Source of the DNA: a virus
DNA: 37,950 bases
Reading direction: 5' to 3' (one strand)
Virus record (IMG/VR): IMGVR_UViG_3300032004_000033
Coordinates: 1-37,950 of that record
Under the pieces are notes generated by a model that worked only from the letters and a program-made list of their open reading frames with translations, ran no database searches and was not told the DNA's origin. Of this stretch, positions 6,070 through 12,884 are shown piece after piece (the first letter of the stretch is position 1; every line of letters begins with the position of its first letter). Position numbers and translations under genes: made by a program.

Positions 6070-6132
6070 TCTGCGCTTGACGCAGAATAATATCTGCGCA
6101 TAATGCAATCCATGTTCTGCGATTAACGCAGA
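6070..6132 (+). promoter_or_regulatory. OL-like triple operator with embedded pL-like sigma70 promoter.
   Basis: TCTGCGCTTGACGCAGA (6070), TCTGCGCATAATGCAAT (6093), TCTGCGATTAACGCAGA (6116), with exact 23-bp phasing. Promoter is TTGACG (6077-6082)-16 nt-CATAAT (6099-6104). Confidence 0.7.
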
Positions 6133-6154
6133 TATGCAAGCCGGCGAAAGCCAA

Positions 6155-6191
6155 CGCTCTTTAGATTCACCCCTGCCGGATCACCACCGGC
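6155..6191 (+). promoter_or_regulatory. boxA-like sequence plus hairpin (nut-like) in the pL leader.
   Basis: CGCTCTTTA (6155-6163), then 11 nt, then GCCGG-ATCACCA-CCGGC (6175-6191). Confidence 0.4.
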
Positions 6192-6383
6192 CCAGTTTCA
6201 AAGGCAAGCGATGGACCGGCCTCAACGGTCCAGAGGGATGGCAACTGTCCCAGGGTGCGCAGCGCAAAGCCCCGAATCAGTTTTCCAGCGGACAGGGTCG
6301 CGGCTGGAGCTACGGAAACACGGAATTTTCACTGATGCACCTGGGCGACCGGGTGCATTGGGAAAACAACCGGAGCAACAGCC

Positions 6384-6575
6384 ATGAACGAGCAACAACC
6401 AGCAACACCAGTTAAGTGCAGCTATTGCGGCAAGCAAGCCGAACCAGTCTTCAAGCGGGAAATCATCGATCGTTCCCGCCACCCATCAACCGGCAGGGCA
6501 TACGTCAGAACCCGCGAACTGCCGTTTTGCAGCAAAGAGCACGGCAGCAACTACCAGATGGGTTGCGAAGGCTGA
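6384..6575 (+). CDS. 63-aa putative zinc-binding protein, the first convincing gene of the early plus-strand operon.
   Basis: GGAG 9 nt upstream of the ATG. CSYC...FCSKEH metal-binding pattern. Confidence 0.6.
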   Translation: MNEQQPATPVKCSYCGKQAEPVFKREIIDRSRHPSTGRAYVRTRELPFCSKEHGSNYQMGCEG

Positions 6576-6644
6576 CGGCATCACCTCTGCCCATTCCACC
6601 GAGTGGGCAGACGGATGCAACCACCCGCCACCTTGGAGGCGACC

Positions 6645-6932
6645 ATGAGTTACGAAGTGATTGTTGAAGGGTTCGTCCTCCAGGTGGAGGTGACCCATTG
6701 CGAGAACATCCCGCCCTGCTTTAACGGCTGGAACAGCGACTGGGACTTCTACGGCTCCCGAGAACTGGAATTCAAACTGGAATCGGGCATCTGCTACGAC
6801 GATGACGGCGTGCGGATGGATGTTCCGGATTATCAACTGCCGGTGCTGGCTCACCAGTACGGCAAGCAGATTGAGACGGCGCTGTGGATTGAGATCGACG
6901 CGGCAAGCCGCCGGCAACGGTGGGTGGCATGA
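6645..6932 (+). CDS. Hypothetical 95-aa protein.
   Basis: GGAGG upstream of ATG 6645. Sequence MSYEVIVEGFVLQVEVTHCENIPPCFNGW... Confidence 0.6.
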   Translation: MSYEVIVEGFVLQVEVTHCENIPPCFNGWNSDWDFYGSRELEFKLESGICYDDDGVRMDVPDYQLPVLAHQYGKQIETALWIEIDAASRRQRWVA

Positions 6933-7156
6933 ACAAACATGACATTGCGACCGGGATGATTGATTCCCGGTTCAACCTGATAAACCTCGGTGACACGTCG
7001 GCAGCCGTTCACGCCGAAGCGTCCATGGCCGTCGAAATGGCCCACGCGCTGGGCATTATCGACAGCACCGAATATGACTACTACCGGGCTTGGCATAACC
7101 GGATTATCGGAATCCAGCATCGCCAGACCCTGGAACGTATGAGGTCGAGCGTATGA
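6929..7156 (+). CDS. Hypothetical 75-aa protein.
   Basis: ATGA overlap with the upstream stop. Sequence MNKHDIATGMIDSRF... Confidence 0.55.
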   Translation: MNKHDIATGMIDSRFNLINLGDTSAAVHAEASMAVEMAHALGIIDSTEYDYYRAWHNRIIGIQHRQTLERMRSSV

Positions 7157-7287
7157 CGATCATCTGCCGAACCGTGAGCGAACTCAGAGACGCCCTGCAC
7201 AAGCAGGGCTTTTTTCTGGTCACCGATCTACCCCGCCCCCTGCGTATTGAAGTGCGCCGGGGCATGCTGATTGCGAGGTTTGCATGA
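7153..7287 (+). CDS. Possible 44-aa ORF, translationally coupled on both sides, containing an intrinsic terminator.
   Basis: ATGA overlaps at both ends. Sequence MTIICRTVSELRDALHKQGFFLVTDLPRPLRIEVRRGMLIARFA. Confidence 0.35.
   Translation: MTIICRTVSELRDALHKQGFFLVTDLPRPLRIEVRRGMLIARFA
7192..7215 (+). terminator. Rho-independent terminator inside the early operon.
   Basis: GCCCTGC-ACAA-GCAGGGC followed by TTTTTT. Confidence 0.8.
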
Positions 7288-7847
7288 ACATTGATTGGAG
7301 CAAGGCGCCGAAAGGGGCGACGCATAAATTCAGCGATCCAACTACAAACCCTTGGCGTGATCTCTCGGGGGAAACCTGGAAGTACTGGTCGGAAGGCGAG
7401 TGGATAGACAGCGAGCTGCGCACCGATACCTTCATGAAGCGGCAGGCGCACCGCCTTACCGTAGTTGAGCCGATCGGATGGACCGGCGAAGGCCTGCCGC
7501 CTGTTGGGGCGGTGTGCGAAGTCGTCTCGCCCGGCTACAGCAATGACAGGTTCGACCGATTCATCGGCCAGACGGTAACAGTCATCGCCCACGATGTGAT
7601 CGACGCAGATCCTGTTGCTGTGTTCCGGATGCCTGTTGATGGCCAGATCGACGAGCAGGATTATCACGCGCTGGTCAAGCAGTGCTTCCGTCCCATCCGC
7701 ACGCCCGAGCAGATCGCGGCGGAAGAGCGCACCAAGACTATAGATGACATGGTCAAAGCGCTTGGCATTGATTCCCCAGGAACGGCCGATTACATCCGTT
7801 GCGGGCTGATTTACGACGCCGGATACCGCAAGCAGGTGGCGCCATGA
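7284..7847 (+). CDS. Hypothetical 187-aa protein.
   Basis: Long ORF in operon register, with ATGA coupling at both ends. Confidence 0.65.
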   Translation: MNIDWSKAPKGATHKFSDPTTNPWRDLSGETWKYWSEGEWIDSELRTDTFMKRQAHRLTVVEPIGWTGEGLPPVGAVCEVVSPGYSNDRFDRFIGQTVTVIAHDVIDADPVAVFRMPVDGQIDEQDYHALVKQCFRPIRTPEQIAAEERTKTIDDMVKALGIDSPGTADYIRCGLIYDAGYRKQVAP

Positions 7848-7963
7848 AAGCCCTTTCATGGATCCTCACCGCCGCACTGCTCATGACCATGCTGGCCTAC
7901 ACGGTGGTGAAGGATCGCTCTGGTCCCTGTCAGGCGCCGCAATTGTCCCAGGTGCTGCGATGA
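7844..7963 (+). CDS. 39-aa single-TMD peptide.
   Basis: MKALSWILTAALLMTMLAYTVVKDRSG... ATGA coupled to both neighbours. Confidence 0.45.
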   Translation: MKALSWILTAALLMTMLAYTVVKDRSGPCQAPQLSQVLR

Positions 7964-8079
7964 CCAGCCGCCAACACTACCGTCGTCGCGCCATCCGCTG
8001 GACCTCGGCCATCACCGGCCTGATCTTCATCGCCATAACCCTGCTGGGCCCCGCCATCGGCGGCCTAATCACTCAATAG
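7960..8079 (+). CDS. 39-aa single-TMD peptide with a basic N-terminus.
   Basis: MTSRQHYRRRAIRWTSAITGLIFIAITLLGPAIGGLITQ. ATGA coupled to the upstream peptide. Confidence 0.45.
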   Translation: MTSRQHYRRRAIRWTSAITGLIFIAITLLGPAIGGLITQ

Positions 8080-8087
8080 GTAACCCC

Positions 8088-8357
8088 ATGGACCAACTCA
8101 AAGGTGGCGGGCCGGCTTTCCCGGTCACGCCTGACAATGACGTGCGCACGAACAGCAGCGGCGGCACGGGCATGACGCTGCGCGATTACTTCGCGGCTGG
8201 CTTTGCACAAGCCCAAGCAACTGCAACCAGCACTGACACTGGCTACATCGTTCCGGGGTATGTCGATCCCCGTGGCGAAGAATCGGTGGCCCAGAAGATC
8301 GCGCGGATTTCTTACGAGCTCGCCGACGCCATGCTGGCGGCCCGGGAGGTAGCATGA
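8088..8357 (+). CDS. Hypothetical 89-aa protein.
   Basis: MDQLKGGGPAFPVTPDND... In operon register. Confidence 0.6.
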   Translation: MDQLKGGGPAFPVTPDNDVRTNSSGGTGMTLRDYFAAGFAQAQATATSTDTGYIVPGYVDPRGEESVAQKIARISYELADAMLAAREVA

Positions 8358-8725
8358 GCCGCCATGCCAAGGACTTCGAAGCCCGCAAGGCCTCGGCAAT
8401 GGAAACGGCGCGTTGGTTGCTGCCGGAGGTTCACCGGGCAATTGAGTTCGGCTTCGACAAGGTCGAGCTGTCGGTGCGCGACGTGAAAGAGGTTTTGGCC
8501 TTTCTGGAGGCCAGCGCCCAGCGGGAGAAGGTCGAGTTCGCCGGCAGGCGCCTGGGCTTCGCTGATCCAGAAATGATGCGCGACCTGATGAGCCGGCGCC
8601 GGGCTTCATCGCCGGTGCTGTTCAAGAAAACGCAACGGTACTGCCTGGAGGTGTTCTACCTGGACCTGCCTCCCAACGCCAACCAACTGGCAAAGCAACA
8701 GCGCCAGTCAGAAGCCACCAACTAA
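8354..8725 (+). CDS. Hypothetical 123-aa protein.
   Basis: GGGAGG upstream. ATGA overlap with the previous gene. Confidence 0.6.
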   Translation: MSRHAKDFEARKASAMETARWLLPEVHRAIEFGFDKVELSVRDVKEVLAFLEASAQREKVEFAGRRLGFADPEMMRDLMSRRRASSPVLFKKTQRYCLEVFYLDLPPNANQLAKQQRQSEATN

Positions 8726-8774
8726 TCCCCCTCAACCCCTCTTCACGCTGCGACCTGCGCGGCAAGGAATTCTC

Positions 8775-9518
8775 ATGTCCGAATTAGCGATCAAACCCAC
8801 CTTCAGCCTTGCGCCGCAGAACATCGAAGAGGCGTTGAAGTTTGCCGACTACCTCGCCAAGTCGACCATTGTGCCGAAGGACTTCGCCAACAATCCCGGC
8901 AACATCCTGGTGGCGATCCAGTGGGGTATGGAGCTGGGCCTGCAACCGATGCAGGCGATGCAGAACATCGCGGTCATCAACGGCCGCCCAGCTCTGTGGG
9001 GCGATGCAGTAATCGCCCTGGTGCGCAGCTCGCCGCTGTGTGAGTACATCTACGAAACCGACGACGGCGAGACGGCTACGTGCCGTGTGAAGCGCCGCGA
9101 CGAAGAAGAGCAAGTCCGAACCTTCAGCATGACGGACGCCAAGCTGGCCGGCCTGGCTGGGAAGCAAGGCCCTTGGAGCCAGTACCCGAAACGGATGCGC
9201 CAGATGCGCGCCAGGGCCTTTGCCTTGCGCGACGTGTTCCCCGACGTGTTACGCGGGATGCCGGTGGCCGAAGAAGTACAGGACATCCCAACCGAGCGCG
9301 AGATTGGCCCGGCCCGCGAAGCTGAAGCGCCCAAGGCTCTGCCCGCCTACCCCGATGACAAGCTCACCGAGAACCTGCCGAAGTGGCGAGCGGCCATTGA
9401 GGCGAAGAAGCAAACCCCGGAAACGGTCATCGCCACCATAAGCAGTAAGTACATCCTCACGGCCGCCCAGACCGAAACCATCAATCAGTTGAAGCCTCTC
9501 GAAGGAGTAACCGCATGA
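8775..9518 (+). CDS. recT: RecT-family single-strand annealing protein.
   Basis: ...PKDFANNPGNILVAIQWGMELGLQPMQAMQNIAVINGRPALWGDA... is the RecT signature. It is paired with the downstream exonuclease. Confidence 0.85.
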   Translation: MSELAIKPTFSLAPQNIEEALKFADYLAKSTIVPKDFANNPGNILVAIQWGMELGLQPMQAMQNIAVINGRPALWGDAVIALVRSSPLCEYIYETDDGETATCRVKRRDEEEQVRTFSMTDAKLAGLAGKQGPWSQYPKRMRQMRARAFALRDVFPDVLRGMPVAEEVQDIPTEREIGPAREAEAPKALPAYPDDKLTENLPKWRAAIEAKKQTPETVIATISSKYILTAAQTETINQLKPLEGVTA

Positions 9519-11161
9519 TTATTCACAACGTAGCCCAGGGTTCTCCTGAGTGGCATGCCTTGCGCGCCAAGCACTTCACCGCGTCGGAAGCCCCGGCGAT
9601 GATGGGCGCTTCGAAGTATCAGACCCGGTCCGAACTGCTCGCCATGAAGAAAACCGGCATCGTTCCGGAAGTCACCGCCCAGCAGCAGCGCATTTTCGAT
9701 AAAGGCCACGCCACCGAAGAGCTGGCGCGCCCGCTGGTGGAAACGCTGATTGGCGAGGAGCTGTACCCAATCGTTGGCACCGAGGGCAACCTGTTGGCCT
9801 CCATGGACGGCTCCACGATGCTTGGCGAAACGCTGTTCGAGCACAAGCTGTGGAATCAGGACCTGGTCGCCCAGATCAATGCCGGTGAGCTGCCGCCCCA
9901 CTATTACTGGCAGCTTGAACAGCAACTGCTGGTTAGCGGCGCCGAGCGAGTGATTTTCGTATGTTCGGATGGCACCGCTGAGAACTTCGTCCACATGGAA
10001 TACCGTCCTGTGGATGGCCGCGCCGAACTGCTGGTGGCCGGCTGGGCCCAATTCGAGCAAGACCTTGGCGTGTTCGAGGTGAAAGAAGCCAAGGTCGAGG
10101 CTATCGGTGCCGCGCCTGATCAACTGCCGGCGCTGCGCATTGACGTAACGGGCATGGTCACCGCCAGCAACCTGGACGCCTTCAAGGCCCGCGCCCTCTC
10201 CGTCATCGGAAACATAAGCACTGAGCTGAAAACCGACAAGGACTTCGCCGACGCTGACGCCACGGTCAAGTGGTGCAACGAAGTCGAGGACAAGCTCAAG
10301 GCGGCGAAAGAACACGCCCTGAGCCAAACCGAAAGCATCGACGTGCTGTTCAAGGCGATGGATGACATCGTGGCCGAGACTCGGCGCAAGCGGCTCGAAC
10401 TGGAAAAGCTGGTCAAGGCGCGCAAGGACGCCATCCGCAGTGACATCGTTATGGATGCGGCCAAGGCCTTGCAGGACCACATCGACCAGATCAACAGCAC
10501 ATTGGGGGGCCGCATCCGCATGCCGCGTGTTGCCTCCGACTTTGCAGGCGCCATCAAGGGCAAGAAGTCGGTGTCCAGCCTCCAGGAAGCGGCTGACGCT
10601 GAACTGGCCCGGGCGAAGATCGATTCCAGCCGGATCGCCGACGGCATCCGCATCAACCAAGCCAGCCTTAACGAGCTGGCGAAGGACCATAAGTTCCTGT
10701 TCCACGATGCTCAAGAGCTGGTCATGAAGGCCAACGATGACCTGGTGGCGCTGATCAAGGTCCGCATCAACGAGCATGATCAGCAGCAGGCAGAGCTCAA
10801 GCGCCTGGAAGATGAAAAGGCGCAGCAACTCGCCGCTCAACAGCAACAGCAGGTCGCACCGGTGGTTGCAGAGCCGAACCCCGAGCCAGTCGCAGAGACC
10901 CCGGCACCAGTGGCAGCAACGCCAATCAAACAAGCTGCAGCTGTCCAGCCAGGCGCCGACGACGGCCAGCGGCTCAAGCTTGGCGAACTCGGCTCAATGC
11001 TGGGCTTCACGCTGTCGGCCGACTTCCTGCGCTCCCTGGGCTTCGAAGCGGTTGAGCGCAAACAAGGTGCCTGCCTGTACCGGGCGATTGATTTCCCGGC
11101 CATCTGCGGCGCTCTGGTCAACCACATTCAGGCAGTGCAGAGCAACCAGGCTGCCGCCTGA
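9515..11161 (+). CDS. YqaJ-type recombination exonuclease fused to a roughly 350-aa coiled-coil (DUF1351-like) and C-terminal extension.
   Basis: N-terminus GSPEWHALRAKHFTASEAPAMMG...GHATEE...FEHK is the YqaJ signature. The C-terminus contains TDKDFADADATVKWCNEVEDKLKAAKEHAL... coiled coil, a Q/P-rich linker and a globular tail. Confidence 0.75.
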   Translation: MIIHNVAQGSPEWHALRAKHFTASEAPAMMGASKYQTRSELLAMKKTGIVPEVTAQQQRIFDKGHATEELARPLVETLIGEELYPIVGTEGNLLASMDGSTMLGETLFEHKLWNQDLVAQINAGELPPHYYWQLEQQLLVSGAERVIFVCSDGTAENFVHMEYRPVDGRAELLVAGWAQFEQDLGVFEVKEAKVEAIGAAPDQLPALRIDVTGMVTASNLDAFKARALSVIGNISTELKTDKDFADADATVKWCNEVEDKLKAAKEHALSQTESIDVLFKAMDDIVAETRRKRLELEKLVKARKDAIRSDIVMDAAKALQDHIDQINSTLGGRIRMPRVASDFAGAIKGKKSVSSLQEAADAELARAKIDSSRIADGIRINQASLNELAKDHKFLFHDAQELVMKANDDLVALIKVRINEHDQQQAELKRLEDEKAQQLAAQQQQQVAPVVAEPNPEPVAETPAPVAATPIKQAAAVQPGADDGQRLKLGELGSMLGFTLSADFLRSLGFEAVERKQGACLYRAIDFPAICGALVNHIQAVQSNQAAA

Positions 11162-11176
11162 TCAGGAGGGCAAGCC

Positions 11177-11377
11177 ATGGCTAGCCAATCTGTCCTTGAG
11201 GCCTACGACAGCCTCGAAGAATTCAGCGCAATCCTCGTCTCCGCTGAGCTGCACGCCAGTGGAGAGTGGGAGCTCGAATTTGTCGAGAACATGCGGGCCA
11301 GCTTCAAGCGCTACGGCGCTCACACCAATCTGAGCCCGGCGCAACAGTCGAAGCTCGAACGCATCGCAAAACACTGA
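11177..11377 (+). CDS. Hypothetical 66-aa protein.
   Basis: AGGAGGG upstream of the ATG. Confidence 0.6.
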   Translation: MASQSVLEAYDSLEEFSAILVSAELHASGEWELEFVENMRASFKRYGAHTNLSPAQQSKLERIAKH

Positions 11378-11386
11378 GGGTCACCC

Positions 11387-12199
11387 ATGAAGACTGAACA
11401 CAAGGCAATCATCGAACGCGCAAAGCTTGGTGGATATGAACCGTCCATGATGGCGCATGAGCTGCTGGTGCACGACCTGGTGGAGGCCGCGCTGTTTGAG
11501 TTCCGCAATGTGCGTGCGCCGTTTCACAGCCTGAACGAAGTTCAGCAACAGGAAGTCATCGACCGCGTGACTGAGGCCGCTCAGAAATCGGTTTACAACG
11601 CCATCAGCATTATCAGCTCGCGCAACGTGGACACCATCCCGGTAACCATCGTTGACGCCAAGTTCAAGGCCAAGGCGATTACGGTAACCGCTGCCATTGA
11701 TGCCCAGGACCCAAACCGCCACGGGCTGATTGATGTTGCTGGCCGGCTGTGTCTGCTGGTCCTGGCGCCCAACGACTACGCCGAAGGCCTGGACTTCATC
11801 CAGCCGGACCGCGACCAACCGGACTTGCCGCTGCATGTGAGCGACATCACCGGCGGCCTGTTCGGCAATCGTCCAACCGGGCCGGACGAGCCGGATGGTG
11901 AGCATCCATTGGGCACCAGCGATGAGCTGGACGCCCTGATAGGCACGGCGGGGCCCGTCGATAACGGCAAAGAGTTCGGCGAATTCAGCTACGACGACGC
12001 GGCCCAGCTGGTGGTGCTGAAGGTCACCAGCACCTTGGATGCAGCGTGGATTCAAAGCCGGCTCGCCATCGACAGCGACTTGGCCGCCGTACTGCTGATG
12101 CGTCTGCTCGACAACAAGGTGATCGAGCTGGAAGCCGAGGGCGCCACCGCACTGGAGCACAAGTTCAAGGTCATCGCGAAGCTGAACGACGTCGCGTAA
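11387..12199 (+). CDS. Acidic 270-aa protein with a possible FtsK-gamma-like winged-helix C-terminus.
   Basis: GAGGG upstream. C-terminal YDDAAQLVVLKVTSTLDAAWIQSRLAIDSDLAAVLLMRLLDNKVIE resembles the FtsK gamma pattern (FDQAVQFV...SISGVQRQFRIGYNRAARIIEQME..GIV). Confidence 0.4.
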   Translation: MKTEHKAIIERAKLGGYEPSMMAHELLVHDLVEAALFEFRNVRAPFHSLNEVQQQEVIDRVTEAAQKSVYNAISIISSRNVDTIPVTIVDAKFKAKAITVTAAIDAQDPNRHGLIDVAGRLCLLVLAPNDYAEGLDFIQPDRDQPDLPLHVSDITGGLFGNRPTGPDEPDGEHPLGTSDELDALIGTAGPVDNGKEFGEFSYDDAAQLVVLKVTSTLDAAWIQSRLAIDSDLAAVLLMRLLDNKVIELEAEGATALEHKFKVIAKLNDVA

Positions 12200-12230
12200 C
12201 GCCCACCATCCCAACCAAATCGAACAACAC

Positions 12231-12254
12231 AGGCGCCTGCGGGCGCCTTCTTTT
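12231..12254 (+). terminator. Rho-independent terminator inside the early operon.
   Basis: AGGCGCC-TGCG-GGCGCCT followed by TCTTTT. Confidence 0.75.
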
Positions 12255-12272
12255 CGACCGGAGATAAACATC

Positions 12273-12875
12273 ATGCTGAGATTGCCTCTAGATACAGAGA
12301 CCACCGGCATCCCACTTTGGCGCGAGCCAAGTGATGATCCGCGCCAGCCGCACCTGGTTGATATCTGCGCCTTGCTCTATGGCGAAGATGGCGCCCTGAT
12401 TGACTCGTTCGAAGCAATGATCCGCCCGGATGGCTGGACCATTCCATCTGACGTAATCGCGATTCACGGCATCACCCAAGAAATGGCGATGGATCTAGGG
12501 ATTTCGGAGCGGGACGCATTGGATGGGTTCATGGCCTTGCACGATAGAGCCGGCCTTCGAATTGCCCATAGCGCGAGCTTCGATGACAGGATTTTGCGCA
12601 TCGCCATTGCGCGGTATCGGGGAAAGGACGCGGCAGACGCATTCAAGGCCGTCCCCAGCTACTGCACGGCGACCATGTGTCGTTCGATCCTGAACCTGCC
12701 GCCAACCGAAGCGCAGGCCAAAAAAACCAGTTTCAAAACCCGAGTGCCCACCGTGGCCGAGGCCCTGTTGCACTTCACCGGCGAAGAGCTGGTAGGCGGC
12801 CACCGCGCCCGGCCCGATGCCGAGGCCTGCGCCCGGGTGTACTGGGCAATGAATCCGCCGGCTCAGGTGGCTTAA
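12273..12875 (+). CDS. DEDDh (DnaQ-like) 3'-5' exonuclease.
   Basis: ExoI LDTETTG, ExoII AHSASFDDRIL, ExoIII GGHRARPDAEA. Confidence 0.8.
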   Translation: MLRLPLDTETTGIPLWREPSDDPRQPHLVDICALLYGEDGALIDSFEAMIRPDGWTIPSDVIAIHGITQEMAMDLGISERDALDGFMALHDRAGLRIAHSASFDDRILRIAIARYRGKDAADAFKAVPSYCTATMCRSILNLPPTEAQAKKTSFKTRVPTVAEALLHFTGEELVGGHRARPDAEACARVYWAMNPPAQVA

Positions 12876-12884
12876 GGAGTCAGC

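Noticed and set aside
6134-6415. 93-aa ORF directly after pL, considered as an N-like antiterminator.
   Set aside because: There is no SD and no arginine-rich motif. The sequence is Ser/Gly/Gln/Asn-rich and disordered-looking, and it overlaps the better-supported 6384 gene. It is kept only as a caveat in the leader finding.
7104-7859. 251-aa minus-strand ORF, and also the 309-aa ORF at 11381-12310.
   Set aside because: They are antisense to tightly coupled plus-strand early genes, have no ribosome-binding sites, and have a low-complexity composition.
9485-10933. 482-aa minus-strand ORF, the longest ORF in this part of the window.
   Set aside because: It is exactly antisense to the well-supported YqaJ exonuclease gene. 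The product is a Leu/Arg/Gly/Val-rich low-complexity sequence, it has no SD, and it breaks the plus-strand operon. This is a typical shadow ORF of GC-rich DNA.
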